Source: Myxococcota bacterium
Lineage (GTDB): Bacteria; Myxococcota_A; UBA796; GCA-2862545
DNA length: 64,000 bases
Reading direction: 5' to 3'
Assembly (NCBI GenBank): GCA_039208735.1
Contig: JBCCQY010000004.1
Coordinates: forward strand, 71,884 to 135,883
Shown here piece by piece: positions 1-9,320 of the stretch. The position numbers and the translations under genes are program-made. Each line of letters begins with the position of its first letter. The first letter of the stretch is position 1. The notes beneath the pieces are model-generated. The model was not told the DNA's origin, did no database searches, and saw nothing but the letters and a program-made list of their open reading frames with translations.

Positions 1-135
1 GCCCAGTTGCAGTACGGAAAGACCGAAATCGACCGTGCCCTGGCCGGCTTGGCCAAGCTCGGGATTGCCGATGATGCGCCGCTGCAGGAACGCCTCGCGG
101 GGGCCTTGCGGGTGCTTGCCGGGGGGGCCACGTGA
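1..135 (+). CDS. ruvA: Holliday junction protein RuvA, C-terminal fragment (gene starts before the window)
   Basis: Frame 1 reads [17 protein letters not shown]...[17 protein letters not shown], resembling RuvA domain III. Its TGA overlaps the ruvB GTG (GTGA). Confidence 0.75.
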   Translation, partial: AQLQYGKTEIDRALAGLAKLGIADDAPLQERLAGALRVLAGGAT

Positions 136-1166
136 GCGACGACGACGACGACGAGTCGAGAATCATCGATCCGAGGCCGAACGTCTCGGACGACCCTGCA
201 TTGCGACCGCGGAACTTGGCCGAGTATGTCGGACAGGAGCGAGTCCGCGACAACCTGCACATCTACATTCGGGCGGCCCTGCAGCGGGGCGAGGCCCTCG
301 ACCACGTGCTGTTCTCGGGTCCGCCGGGGCTCGGGAAGACGTCGATGGCCTACATCGTGGCCGAGGAGCTCGGGGTCGAGCTGCGGACGGCGTCGGGCCC
401 GACCATCGAGCGAAAGGGTGATCTCGCCGCGATCCTCAATGGTCTGCAGCCCCGTGAGGTGCTGTTCATCGACGAGATTCACCGGTTGCACCGCGCGGTC
501 GAAGAAATCCTCTACCCCGCCATGGAGGACTTCGAGATCGACCTGGTGCTCGGTCAAGGCCCAGGGGCCAACTCGATCAAGCTCCCCTTGCCCCGCTTCA
601 CGCTGGTGGGGGCGACCACCCGGTCGGGCATGTTGTCGGCGCCGCTGCGGGCGCGGTTTGGCATCCACGCCACGTTCGACTTCTACACGCCCGAAGAACT
701 CGAACAGATCCTCACGCGGTCTGCGCAGAAGCTCGGGGTGGAGCTGACCGAGGCGGGCTGCCGGGAACTCGCCCGCCGTTCGCGGGGCACGCCCCGGGTG
801 GCGAATCGGCTCTTGCGACGGGTGCGAGACTTTGCCCAGGTCGAAGGCGACGGTCGGGTGGATGAGGCCGTCGCGGGCTCGGCACTCGAGCGGCTCGACA
901 TCGACGACGAAGGGCTCGACGGCATGGATCGAAAGATCTTGTACGCCATCGCCGCGAAGTTCGATGGAGGCCCCGTGGGGCTCGACACACTGTCTCACGC
1001 CGTAGGCGAATCCCCGGACACCATCGAAGACACCTACGAGCCCTTCCTCATCCTGCAGGGGTATGTCAATCGCACACCGCGAGGACGCGTCATTACATCG
1101 CGGGGCTTGCGCCAGGTAGGCTTGGACGACAAGAAACGTCCCGGCGACCAGGGGAGCTTGTTTTGA
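132..1166 (+). CDS. ruvB: Holliday junction branch migration helicase RuvB
   Basis: LRP...EYVGQ, Walker [46 protein letters not shown]...RTPRGR. Confidence 0.98.
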   Translation: MSDDDDDESRIIDPRPNVSDDPALRPRNLAEYVGQERVRDNLHIYIRAALQRGEALDHVLFSGPPGLGKTSMAYIVAEELGVELRTASGPTIERKGDLAAILNGLQPREVLFIDEIHRLHRAVEEILYPAMEDFEIDLVLGQGPGANSIKLPLPRFTLVGATTRSGMLSAPLRARFGIHATFDFYTPEELEQILTRSAQKLGVELTEAGCRELARRSRGTPRVANRLLRRVRDFAQVEGDGRVDEAVAGSALERLDIDDEGLDGMDRKILYAIAAKFDGGPVGLDTLSHAVGESPDTIEDTYEPFLILQGYVNRTPRGRVITSRGLRQVGLDDKKRPGDQGSLF

Positions 1167-1591
1167 TCGCATTCGTGTTGTTGGCCTGCTCGAGCAAGGG
1201 TCCTTCTGTCTCTGCCAACGCCGGAGAGGCCGTGCTGCGCTTCGGCGAGCATGAACTTACCGTCGAAATCGTGGCGGACAACGAGAGCCGGGCCCAGGGG
1301 CTCATGCACCGCAAGAGCATGGACGAGAACCGCGGCATGCTGTTCATCTACCCTGACGAGGCGGTCCGGCAGTTTTGGATGAAGAACACGCACATTCCGC
1401 TGTCCATCGCGTTTGCGAATCGGAAGGGCAAGATCGTCACGATCTCCGACATGGAGCCCTTCGACTTGACCCGGACCTCCTCGTTCGTACCGGCGAAGTA
1501 CGCCGTCGAAACCAATGTGGGTTGGTTCGACAAGCGTGAGGTCAAGCACGGCCTCGTCATCGAGGGCATTCCCGACGTCGAAGCCAAGTAG
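1163..1591 (+). CDS. DUF192 family lipoprotein
   Basis: VEIVAD...RAQGLMHR...GMLFIY...[14 protein letters not shown] signature; lipobox LLAC. Confidence 0.9.
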   Translation: MIAFVLLACSSKGPSVSANAGEAVLRFGEHELTVEIVADNESRAQGLMHRKSMDENRGMLFIYPDEAVRQFWMKNTHIPLSIAFANRKGKIVTISDMEPFDLTRTSSFVPAKYAVETNVGWFDKREVKHGLVIEGIPDVEAK

Positions 1592-3791
1592 CGGCCCAGG
1601 GCTGCAAGCCCTCGGCCTGCAACGCAGCCACGAAGTCTGCCCCTGCAGCCGACCCTTCGCGGTAGAACACGGCGGGCTCTCCGATGGGGGCATCCACGCG
1701 TTCGGTGGAGACGGCGTCTGCGCTGCCGTACACGTCACCCGTCCACACATGGACCCACCGGTCGGGCGGGAAGGTCACGTTGACCCCGAGCTGCCCCGGG
1801 TCGAGCACCGGGGCCACCAGAAATTCACTTCCCAGCAGCCACTCGGTGGTCACGTCACGAAGCTCGGGCGCATCGGGGTAGTGCAGCGGCAGATGGCGCA
1901 CCACCGGCCACCCACGTTCACTGGCTTCGGTGAACAGCGTCCGGCGGTAGGGGGTGAGCGCTCGATAGACCTTCGCCATTCGCCCGAACAGCTCGGTCAG
2001 CTCGTCGTTCGTGTGCCATTGCGAATTGGCGGCGGCGTTGCTGCCCCCGTGGGTTCGGTAGACCGCGGTGAACGCATTGGCCTCCATCCACCGCGACAAC
2101 AGCTCGTCGTTGCGTGCGGCGAGCACGAGGTTGCCTTGCAGTAGCGTGGTAAACCCGCCGATGTCGCTGTGGTTGAGGCTCATGCCCGAGTACCCGCCGG
2201 ACAACAGCCCCACTACGGCGCTCTTGATGCCGTCGAACTCATCCCAGGTCACGTTCTGGTCGCCTTCCCAGAACAACGGCACCAAGCCGGGGCTCTCGGT
2301 GTAGGCGGCGCGGGCGAAGAAGAGGGCGTCGCCGATGAGGCCTTCCTCTTCGAGCACTTCGCGGTTCAGTTTGGCCCATTCGACGGGATACCGGTTGTGC
2401 CACGCCACAGGGTCATCGCCCGAGAACAGGGCGCTTTCGAAGGGCAAGGCTTCGCCGAAGTCGCACATCCAGCCCGACGTTCCGGTCGACAGCACCTCAT
2501 CGCGCATCACCCCCTTGAACCACTCGCGCGCATCCGGGTTGGTGAGGTCCACAATGGCGGCCGAAAAGTCGCTATTCGGAATGAGCAACGTCTCGCCTTC
2601 TTCGTTGGCCACGAGGTAGCCAGCCGCCTCCGCCTCCGCGAAGAGGTTGCGTCGGAAGTTCCCAAGCGTGGAGACGTCGATGAGGAAGGGGTTGACGTAA
2701 GTAAGGACGCGGATGCCGTCCTTACGCAGGTCTGCGACGAGGTCGGTCCAGGTTGGGTAGATGTCCTCGGCGAGAATCCAGTTCCAGAACAACTGGCGTC
2801 CGAGGATGGTTTCTCGGTCGCCGACCCAATCTTCGATCCACATGGCGGCGACGGGCACGTCAAACTCAGCCAACCGGTCGATGAAGCCGCGAATCTGCTT
2901 TTCTCCGCCCCGGTGCCACACGATGGCGCCCTGGTCCACCCAGTTGGGCAGCGGCTCCATGCGTCCGGAGTACTCGGTGAAGGTCTCGATGAGGTCGAGC
3001 GCAGAGTCGCCGTGCAAGACACGGGCGTCGAGTCGGCGAGCCAGCACCTCGGTTTCGACAACCTCGTCGGCGGTCATGTCGAAGATCGCCACCTCGTCGT
3101 TTTCGAGGAACATCGAGTGAAGATCGGAGGTGATGTAGTGAGGCATCGGTGCGTTCGTGCTGAACTCTGAGCCGCCTGTGCCCGGGGCAATCTGCTCCAC
3201 GACCGGCGTGACGATAGGGTCTCCCCGACCGATGCCTTGTTCCTGAACGACAATGGGCAGTCGGCGTCCCTTTTGGTCGAGCGGCGAGTATTGCTCTCCG
3301 AAGCCGTAGAACGACTCTTCCGCCCGGCTTGCGGTCCGCAGTCGGATGCGGTTTAGGCTCGTCTCGTCGTCGAGGACCGCAGAGATGGCCACCTGCCGCT
3401 CGTCCAGGGCGGTGAAGGTGACGGTGAGGGCCGCATCGCAGCCGCCTCCGGTCACCCGTCCGGCGACGGTGACGGTCGGATGTTGGGCGTCGATCGAGGT
3501 GACGTCGAAGTTTCGGCAGTCGCTGATTTGGTTTTCTTCGATGGTCACCGAGGCCGCTTGTTCGATGAACTCGGTCTCCACCTCCGCGGCGCCCACGAAG
3601 CTGCCCGCAGCGGGGCTCTCCCAAACGGTGTTGTCCCCCTCCGTCACCGCGAGTCGAGCGGTGCTGTCCGCGTTGATGGTCAACGAGAAGGTGCCCAGCG
3701 GAAAGGTACCGGTCGTCACCGCCATGGGGTCGTCGCCGGAGCGGCAGGCCAATACCCCCAGCCCGATCCAAAAGAACCATCGCCCAGCCAT
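1557..3791 (-). CDS. GH31 alpha-glycosidase, YihQ/sulfoquinovosidase-like, with lipoprotein signal
   Basis: YGFGEQYS, EQGIGRG, WMCDFGE (nucleophile), WEGDQ (acid/base), HSDIGG, RTH. Start set at ATG 3791 (MAGRWFFWIGLGVLAC) behind GGAGGG. Confidence 0.88.
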   Translation of the reverse strand: MAGRWFFWIGLGVLACRSGDDPMAVTTGTFPLGTFSLTINADSTARLAVTEGDNTVWESPAAGSFVGAAEVETEFIEQAASVTIEENQISDCRNFDVTSIDAQHPTVTVAGRVTGGGCDAALTVTFTALDERQVAISAVLDDETSLNRIRLRTASRAEESFYGFGEQYSPLDQKGRRLPIVVQEQGIGRGDPIVTPVVEQIAPGTGGSEFSTNAPMPHYITSDLHSMFLENDEVAIFDMTADEVVETEVLARRLDARVLHGDSALDLIETFTEYSGRMEPLPNWVDQGAIVWHRGGEKQIRGFIDRLAEFDVPVAAMWIEDWVGDRETILGRQLFWNWILAEDIYPTWTDLVADLRKDGIRVLTYVNPFLIDVSTLGNFRRNLFAEAEAAGYLVANEEGETLLIPNSDFSAAIVDLTNPDAREWFKGVMRDEVLSTGTSGWMCDFGEALPFESALFSGDDPVAWHNRYPVEWAKLNREVLEEEGLIGDALFFARAAYTESPGLVPLFWEGDQNVTWDEFDGIKSAVVGLLSGGYSGMSLNHSDIGGFTTLLQGNLVLAARNDELLSRWMEANAFTAVYRTHGGSNAAANSQWHTNDELTELFGRMAKVYRALTPYRRTLFTEASERGWPVVRHLPLHYPDAPELRDVTTEWLLGSEFLVAPVLDPGQLGVNVTFPPDRWVHVWTGDVYGSADAVSTERVDAPIGEPAVFYREGSAAGADFVAALQAEGLQPWAATWLRRRECPR

Positions 3792-3861
3792 CGTACCCTC
3801 CAGAAATTCGAAGCCCGATGATAGCCGGAGACGTCCCCGGCGACGGGCGAAGGGGGTGGGT

Positions 3862-4800
3862 GTGCACTCGATACAGACAGAAGAACCATCCGAGGTTCCC
3901 GACCTTCGAGGAAGGGTGATCGCGGTGACGGGGGCCACGGGGTTCATCGGTCGTCACTTGGTGGCGGGACTGAAGAACGCGGGGGCGAACCTTGTTGGCG
4001 TGGTGCGACGGCCCGAGCGAGGGAACGACCTCATGGAGGCTGGAGTCGAACTCCGCAAGGCCGATCTCCGGGATGAGGACGCGCTTCGGCGCGCGCTTAC
4101 GGGGGTGGATGCGGTGGTTTCAAATGCCTCCATCGCAGTTGGTCGATCGCCTCAAGGCTCCGTGCGCGACCATGCCGAACTCGAAGCCCAGATCATGGTG
4201 GGGCTCGCCCGTGCCGCACGGGATGCCGGCAGTCCGCGCTTCATCCACATTTCATCGGTCGCTGTGTATCGCGATGTTCCCCTGTTTCGACCTGGTCAAG
4301 AGTCGGCCCCTCTCCGGGGAATGCAACGCAATCTCGCCTCTCTGTTCTTTTCGCGCGGGTACGGCGAAGCCAAAGCCACAGCGGAAAAGGCACTTTGGAA
4401 CCAGTCTGGGCTTTCGTTGACGGTATTACGGCCCGGTCCGGTGTATGGGTCGGGTGACCACAAGGTGCTGGTGGACTGGGGAAAGTGGCTGCTCGGTCGT
4501 TGGGCGGTGGTGCCCAACGCACACATTCCGTTTGTGCATGCGGGCGACGTGGCCACAGCGGTGGTGGGTGCACTTGCGAATTCGGACACGATCGGGCGAG
4601 CCTACAATGTAACCGGACCACCACTCGCAATTGCTGATGCAGCGCGAATACTTCGGTCAATCCGGGGCATTGAGGGGCCGGTGGTCGGGATTCCCGTCCC
4701 CGTGCGGGTTTCATGGGATAATGCCGCAGCTCGAAGGGATCTGGGCGTGAGTTTTCGAACCATTGAGGCAGGACTTCAAGAATCCTTCGGTGTCACGTAG
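3862..4800 (+). CDS. NAD-dependent epimerase/dehydratase (extended SDR)
   Basis: VTGATGFIG Rossmann motif, HISSVAVY, YGEAK, LRPGPVYG, FVHAGDVA. Start approximate. Confidence 0.9.
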   Translation: MHSIQTEEPSEVPDLRGRVIAVTGATGFIGRHLVAGLKNAGANLVGVVRRPERGNDLMEAGVELRKADLRDEDALRRALTGVDAVVSNASIAVGRSPQGSVRDHAELEAQIMVGLARAARDAGSPRFIHISSVAVYRDVPLFRPGQESAPLRGMQRNLASLFFSRGYGEAKATAEKALWNQSGLSLTVLRPGPVYGSGDHKVLVDWGKWLLGRWAVVPNAHIPFVHAGDVATAVVGALANSDTIGRAYNVTGPPLAIADAARILRSIRGIEGPVVGIPVPVRVSWDNAAARRDLGVSFRTIEAGLQESFGVT

Positions 4801-4951
4801 CGGGTACAGGGTGCGATCCAGGTTGAAATACGCTCGAAGGGATGGGCAGCACGGGCTTTCCGTTTCCCTGAGGTGAGCGATTTCCCACGATTGCCAATCT
4901 TTGATTATCGGTTCAGCAGCCCGCGGTTTGTCCTGCCCCCGGAGCAGTGCC

Positions 4952-6211
4952 ATGGCCCCCTCCCGTCATCGAAGTGCCGTCCGTACCGCCTCTGTGGCGG
5001 CGGTTCTGGTTGTCGTGACGGCCACCTTGTGCCTCGCAGTGCGCCCCGAAATGGCCCCACTGTATGGCTTGATTGCCGGAATGGGCGGCATTGGCTGGGT
5101 CTTGTCACAAGTAGGTGCGCCCACCATGGGAGGCCTGCTTGCGAGTGCGGCGGGGCTCTTCCACCCTTGGTACGGTCTGTACACTCCGGAGCCTTCGACC
5201 ACGGTGGTGAGCGAAGTGGGTTGGCTCGTGCTGGCCAGTTGCATGGCGGCAGCGACCCTTCGTCCTGCGCTCTTTCTGGCCTTTTCCACAGCAAACGCCA
5301 CCATCTTGCTGGGATTGGTGTGGTCGCATGCCGCACTTGAACCGTCGATACGGTGGGCGCTTGCGGGGCTTGTGGGACTGTTGACGCTTGGCGGGGTGGT
5401 CGTGGCCTGGCAGCGTCGTCGACTGGCTGACGATGTGGAACGGCGCGAAACCGACCTGCGGGATGCCGAGTTGGTTGCCCGGGCCCGCGCGGCCGCGGCG
5501 GAAGCCGCACGGGAGCGCCTTGAGCGCGCGCATACCGAACTAATGGCCGAGTCGCGCACCGCAGTGGTGGGCGAGTTGTCAGCGGCGATCGGCCATGAGA
5601 TCAACAATCCCCTCACCACCATCATGATGGCGTCGGAGGACCTGGCGCTCCGGCGGCCTCGTGACCCTGATGTCGAGGCTGCTCTCGAGCTGATTCGAAC
5701 CGCGACGAACCGCTGCCGAGAGGTGGTAGGACGGCTACTTCGGCACGCAGAACTTGGCGATACCACGGTCCGCAGCGTCGACTTTGCCGCGATTGCCCAG
5801 GATGCGCTGGAGTTGACACGGCGTCACCTGGAGCAACACGGCGCCCACGTCGACATTCAGCTCGCCGAGCCGCTCGTGGTGTCTGGCAATGCGGGAGAGT
5901 TGAGGCAGGTGGTGTTCAATCTGCTGATGCACGTGGCGACCCGCTCGCCCACGCTTGTGGAGGTCATCGGCGGAACCAGTCCTGTGCAGGCTTGGCTCAC
6001 CATTCGAGACGATGGGGCGCCCATGGCAGACGCCCAACGCGCCGCGGCCTTCCAGCCACTCCTCGCCGGCCATCCGAGTCCGATGATCGGGTTGGCCCTG
6101 TGCCGCACCTTGGTTCAGCGACATGGTGGACAGATTGGACTGACATCCGGCGTGCGGGGTTGTACCTTCACGGTGGCATTGCCACGCCGTGGGGGTCCGG
6201 TCGCTGGATGA
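4952..6211 (+). CDS. Membrane sensor histidine kinase-like protein with degenerate HATPase boxes
   Basis: Several TM segments, coiled coil, H-box GHEINNPL, HATPase_c-like C-terminus. Confidence 0.85.
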   Translation: MAPSRHRSAVRTASVAAVLVVVTATLCLAVRPEMAPLYGLIAGMGGIGWVLSQVGAPTMGGLLASAAGLFHPWYGLYTPEPSTTVVSEVGWLVLASCMAAATLRPALFLAFSTANATILLGLVWSHAALEPSIRWALAGLVGLLTLGGVVVAWQRRRLADDVERRETDLRDAELVARARAAAAEAARERLERAHTELMAESRTAVVGELSAAIGHEINNPLTTIMMASEDLALRRPRDPDVEAALELIRTATNRCREVVGRLLRHAELGDTTVRSVDFAAIAQDALELTRRHLEQHGAHVDIQLAEPLVVSGNAGELRQVVFNLLMHVATRSPTLVEVIGGTSPVQAWLTIRDDGAPMADAQRAAAFQPLLAGHPSPMIGLALCRTLVQRHGGQIGLTSGVRGCTFTVALPRRGGPVAG

Positions 6212-6573
6212 GCTTTCACGTGCTCCTCGTCGACGACGACGAACTCGTTCGGCGGAGTGTCGCGAGAAACCTCGAGTTTCGGAAGTACGGGGTGACGGCC
6301 TGCGCGAGTGGGCCCGAGGCGCTGGACGTGCTTGCGCAACGCGACGTGGACGTCGTGCTAAGCGATGTGTGGATGCCTGAGATGGACGGACTTCGGCTCC
6401 TTGAGATCATCAAGGAACGGCGACCCAATTTGCCGGTCGTCCTGTTCACGGGCAACGCCATTGCGGAGTACGAAACCCGGGCTCGCGCGCTAGGCGCCGT
6501 GGAACTCCTCGCGAAGCCGTTGACCCCAGAGCGGCTTGAGTTGGCGCTCCGTCGTGCGGTGGGCGCGGACTAA
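6208..6573 (+). CDS. Single-domain response regulator (CheY-like receiver)
   Basis: VLLVDDD, LSDVWMPEMDG, FTG, LAKP. ATGA overlap with the kinase stop. Confidence 0.93.
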   Translation: MSFHVLLVDDDELVRRSVARNLEFRKYGVTACASGPEALDVLAQRDVDVVLSDVWMPEMDGLRLLEIIKERRPNLPVVLFTGNAIAEYETRARALGAVELLAKPLTPERLELALRRAVGAD

Positions 6574-7571
6574 GGCAGCGTGAGGGTCGCACGTACGGCC
6601 AAGTGGTCAGACCCTCCCCCCGCCAGGCGGGTGGCATCGTTCAACCCGACGGAGGGAGACACCAGCAGGTAGTCAATGCGAAACCAGGGGCCTTGCCGGG
6701 CGACCACCCCAAGCGGCCATGGGGGACGGTGAGCCGAGGCGGCGATGCGAGGCCAGGTCGCCTGACGAAGGCCGAGTCCTCGCGCGGCATCCACCCATTC
6801 GTGGCGAGCCTCGATGAGCCAGGGTTCTTCGGGCAAGGTGTTGAAGTCACCGCCGATCAGAATCGGGTCGTGACGGTCTTTCATTTCGCGGGCGAGCCGG
6901 GTCCATTGGCGCTCGCGGAGTCGCGCGTTGCGTTCCAGGGCGATGGCGGCGCGTACGGGATGCTCCGATTGAGTCACGGCGCCCGAAGGTGAGGCGAGGT
7001 GAACGTGACAGATTCCAGAGCCACGAACGCTCTTGGGACCTTTGAGATCGACGCACTGCCCGATGACGCGTCCCGAGTCGTTTCGCCAGAGCTTGGGTCG
7101 GGTGAGGGGCACGCGAGAAAGCACCGCCATGCCGTGGGTTCCGCGATGGGGAGCGAAGACGTGGTAGGGAAGGAGCTTGGCTCGTTTGAGGCGGCCCACC
7201 CAATCGGGAGTCACCTCCTGCAGCAGGATGACGTCTGCGTTCTGTTGTCTCAACATGCGAATCGTGGCGTTGGGGCTGCCTCCGCGAAAGAGCACGTTGT
7301 GGCTCACGACGGTGAGGGGCGTGCCGTCATTGATTCGAGCCGGCCGGGACTCGTTGGTTGCGCGCACCACCAAGGTGCCGACGATCAAGGCGGCGATGAC
7401 CGCAAGGCCCCGAGCCGCTCGGGGGTTGCGTCGGCCGAGGAACGCCGTGAACAACGCGAGCCCGGCCACGGGAACCAAGATGGTGTTCGCCGCTGTGGCG
7501 CCAAGTTGGAGGGGACTTGCCACCGCAAGCACCCAGATTCCCAGCCACAACACACCTGCAAGCTGAATCAT
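6570..7571 (-). CDS. Endonuclease/exonuclease/phosphatase family protein with N-terminal TM helices
   Basis: SHNV, DVILLQEV, HVHL, GGDFN, RIDY, GSDH motifs. Confidence 0.88.
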   Translation of the reverse strand: MIQLAGVLWLGIWVLAVASPLQLGATAANTILVPVAGLALFTAFLGRRNPRAARGLAVIAALIVGTLVVRATNESRPARINDGTPLTVVSHNVLFRGGSPNATIRMLRQQNADVILLQEVTPDWVGRLKRAKLLPYHVFAPHRGTHGMAVLSRVPLTRPKLWRNDSGRVIGQCVDLKGPKSVRGSGICHVHLASPSGAVTQSEHPVRAAIALERNARLRERQWTRLAREMKDRHDPILIGGDFNTLPEEPWLIEARHEWVDAARGLGLRQATWPRIAASAHRPPWPLGVVARQGPWFRIDYLLVSPSVGLNDATRLAGGGSDHLAVRATLTLP

Positions 7572-7634
7572 TCTTCCTCCGAACCCGGTTTATTCGAAGA
7601 ACGTGCACGAATCGTGCAACCTGCGCGCAGAAGC

Positions 7635-9320
7635 CTATGCGCCGTAGAGGGTTCGATAGGGGCCATCCACCTCGATGAGCGCTTGGTGAGACCCGCGTTG
7701 GACGACCCGTCCTCCTTCGAGGACCACGATTTCATCGGCCTTGGACAGCGTTCCCACTCGGTGGCTCACGAGCAGCGCGCCCACGTGGGGGGCTTCGGTC
7801 TCGAGCGCGTCCCAGAACGCGGCCTCGACTTCGGCGTCAAGAGCGCTGGTGGCGTCGTCGAGCAGCAGCACCTGGGGTTGTCCGACCAATGCACGCGCAA
7901 TGGCAACACGCTGACGTTGGCCCCCGGACAACGACGAGCCGCGCTCTCCGACCCACGTGTCGAGGCCCTGGGCGAGCTGCGGAAGGTCACGGTCGACCTG
8001 GGCGATGCGCAGCGCGCGGTCGAGCACAGCGTCGGAGACCTCACGGCCCAGCAAGATGTTCTCGCGGACGGTGGCCGAGAGCAGCACGGGCACCTGTGGG
8101 ACTACCGCGGCATCGGCCACGGCGACCGTTCCATGAGCGGGAGCGCGAAGCCCCGACAACGCCTCCATCACGAGCGTTTTGCCGGCGCCGACGGTGCCCA
8201 CGAGGCCCACCCGCCGGCCGGGGATGACGTCGAGATCAACATCTTCGATGAGAGGAGCGCCCTTGGGGCTCACCAGTCGCAGACCGCTCGCGAGGGCTCC
8301 CGCTCCGTCCTTGCGGTTCACCGACGGAGCTGCGATAGGCAACGCGACGACCTCGTCGAGTCGGCGCAGGGCGACGGCGGCTTGCGGAAGCTTCGAGGCC
8401 AGGGTGCCCAAGTCGAACATCGGCCAAACCATGACCGCGAGCAGGCCCTCGAAGGTGAGGTAGCGCCCCAACGTGAGGTCGCCTTCCAGCACTCGCAGGC
8501 CCCCAAACCACAGCAGGGCGACCATCGCGACCTGCCAACCGTACTGGTAGAGCCGCTCGATGCCCTGCTGGAGGATGGCGACGCGCACTTCAGCATCGCG
8601 TTGCTCCCGGGTGGACGCGACGAAGCGACGGCGGGCGAGGTCTGACAGGCCACAGGCCTGCACCACGCGAATGCTTGAAAACGTGGTCGTCAGCTGGTCG
8701 GAGACCTGGGCAATGGCGCGCTGGACGCGCTGGTGCCGTCGTGCAAGGGCCGACTGAAACCCCGCTTGGGCCAACAGCAAGAACGGCAAAGGTCCCACGA
8801 CCCAGATCGCAAGCCCTGGCTCGGTCGTCACCATCAACGTGAAGCAGCAGAGCACGACCAGAAAGGACTCCCAGGCGCGGAACACCCCCGAACAGAGGAA
8901 CCAGCTGATTTTGTCCCCCGCATCGTCGTGCAGCCGAGAGACAAGTTCGCCCGTGCGCCACCTGCGCAACGCATCGGGGTCGGCCTTTGCGACCGCGTCG
9001 ATGACCGTGTTGCGAGCGTGCCCTGACACGACCGCATTCCCGAATCCACGCGCGCCTTGCAGCAGGGTGTAGGCCAACGCGTGGCCCAGGCCCGCGAGCA
9101 GCATCCAGATCGCGAGTTCACGCAGTCGGACAGGCTGTGCTCCCGCATCGAGGGCATCGATGACGTACTGCCAGAGCCAGGGGAATGCGACGAGGAGAAT
9201 CGCGGTGGGGAACGAGCCCAGCACGATGCCGGCGAGCATTCGTGGGTGGTCACGCCAGATCTGCGCAGACCACCGACGGACCACCGCCACGTCGTTGAAG
9301 AAGGACTGCACTGCGGTCAT
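7635..9320 (-). CDS. ABC exporter half-transporter (TMD+NBD), second subunit of a heterodimer
   Basis: GTVGAGKT, LSGGQRQR, LLLDDATSALD (Walker B E->D), SHR. Confidence 0.93.
   Translation of the reverse strand: MTAVQSFFNDVAVVRRWSAQIWRDHPRMLAGIVLGSFPTAILLVAFPWLWQYVIDALDAGAQPVRLRELAIWMLLAGLGHALAYTLLQGARGFGNAVVSGHARNTVIDAVAKADPDALRRWRTGELVSRLHDDAGDKISWFLCSGVFRAWESFLVVLCCFTLMVTTEPGLAIWVVGPLPFLLLAQAGFQSALARRHQRVQRAIAQVSDQLTTTFSSIRVVQACGLSDLARRRFVASTREQRDAEVRVAILQQGIERLYQYGWQVAMVALLWFGGLRVLEGDLTLGRYLTFEGLLAVMVWPMFDLGTLASKLPQAAVALRRLDEVVALPIAAPSVNRKDGAGALASGLRLVSPKGAPLIEDVDLDVIPGRRVGLVGTVGAGKTLVMEALSGLRAPAHGTVAVADAAVVPQVPVLLSATVRENILLGREVSDAVLDRALRIAQVDRDLPQLAQGLDTWVGERGSSLSGGQRQRVAIARALVGQPQVLLLDDATSALDAEVEAAFWDALETEAPHVGALLVSHRVGTLSKADEIVVLEGGRVVQRGSHQALIEVDGPYRTLYGA

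Noticed and set aside
6999..8645. Long antisense ORFs (6999-8645, 48184-49782, 49903-51483, 61881-63932)
   Set aside because: Shadow frames of well-supported opposite-strand genes in high-GC DNA, with no recognisable motifs.
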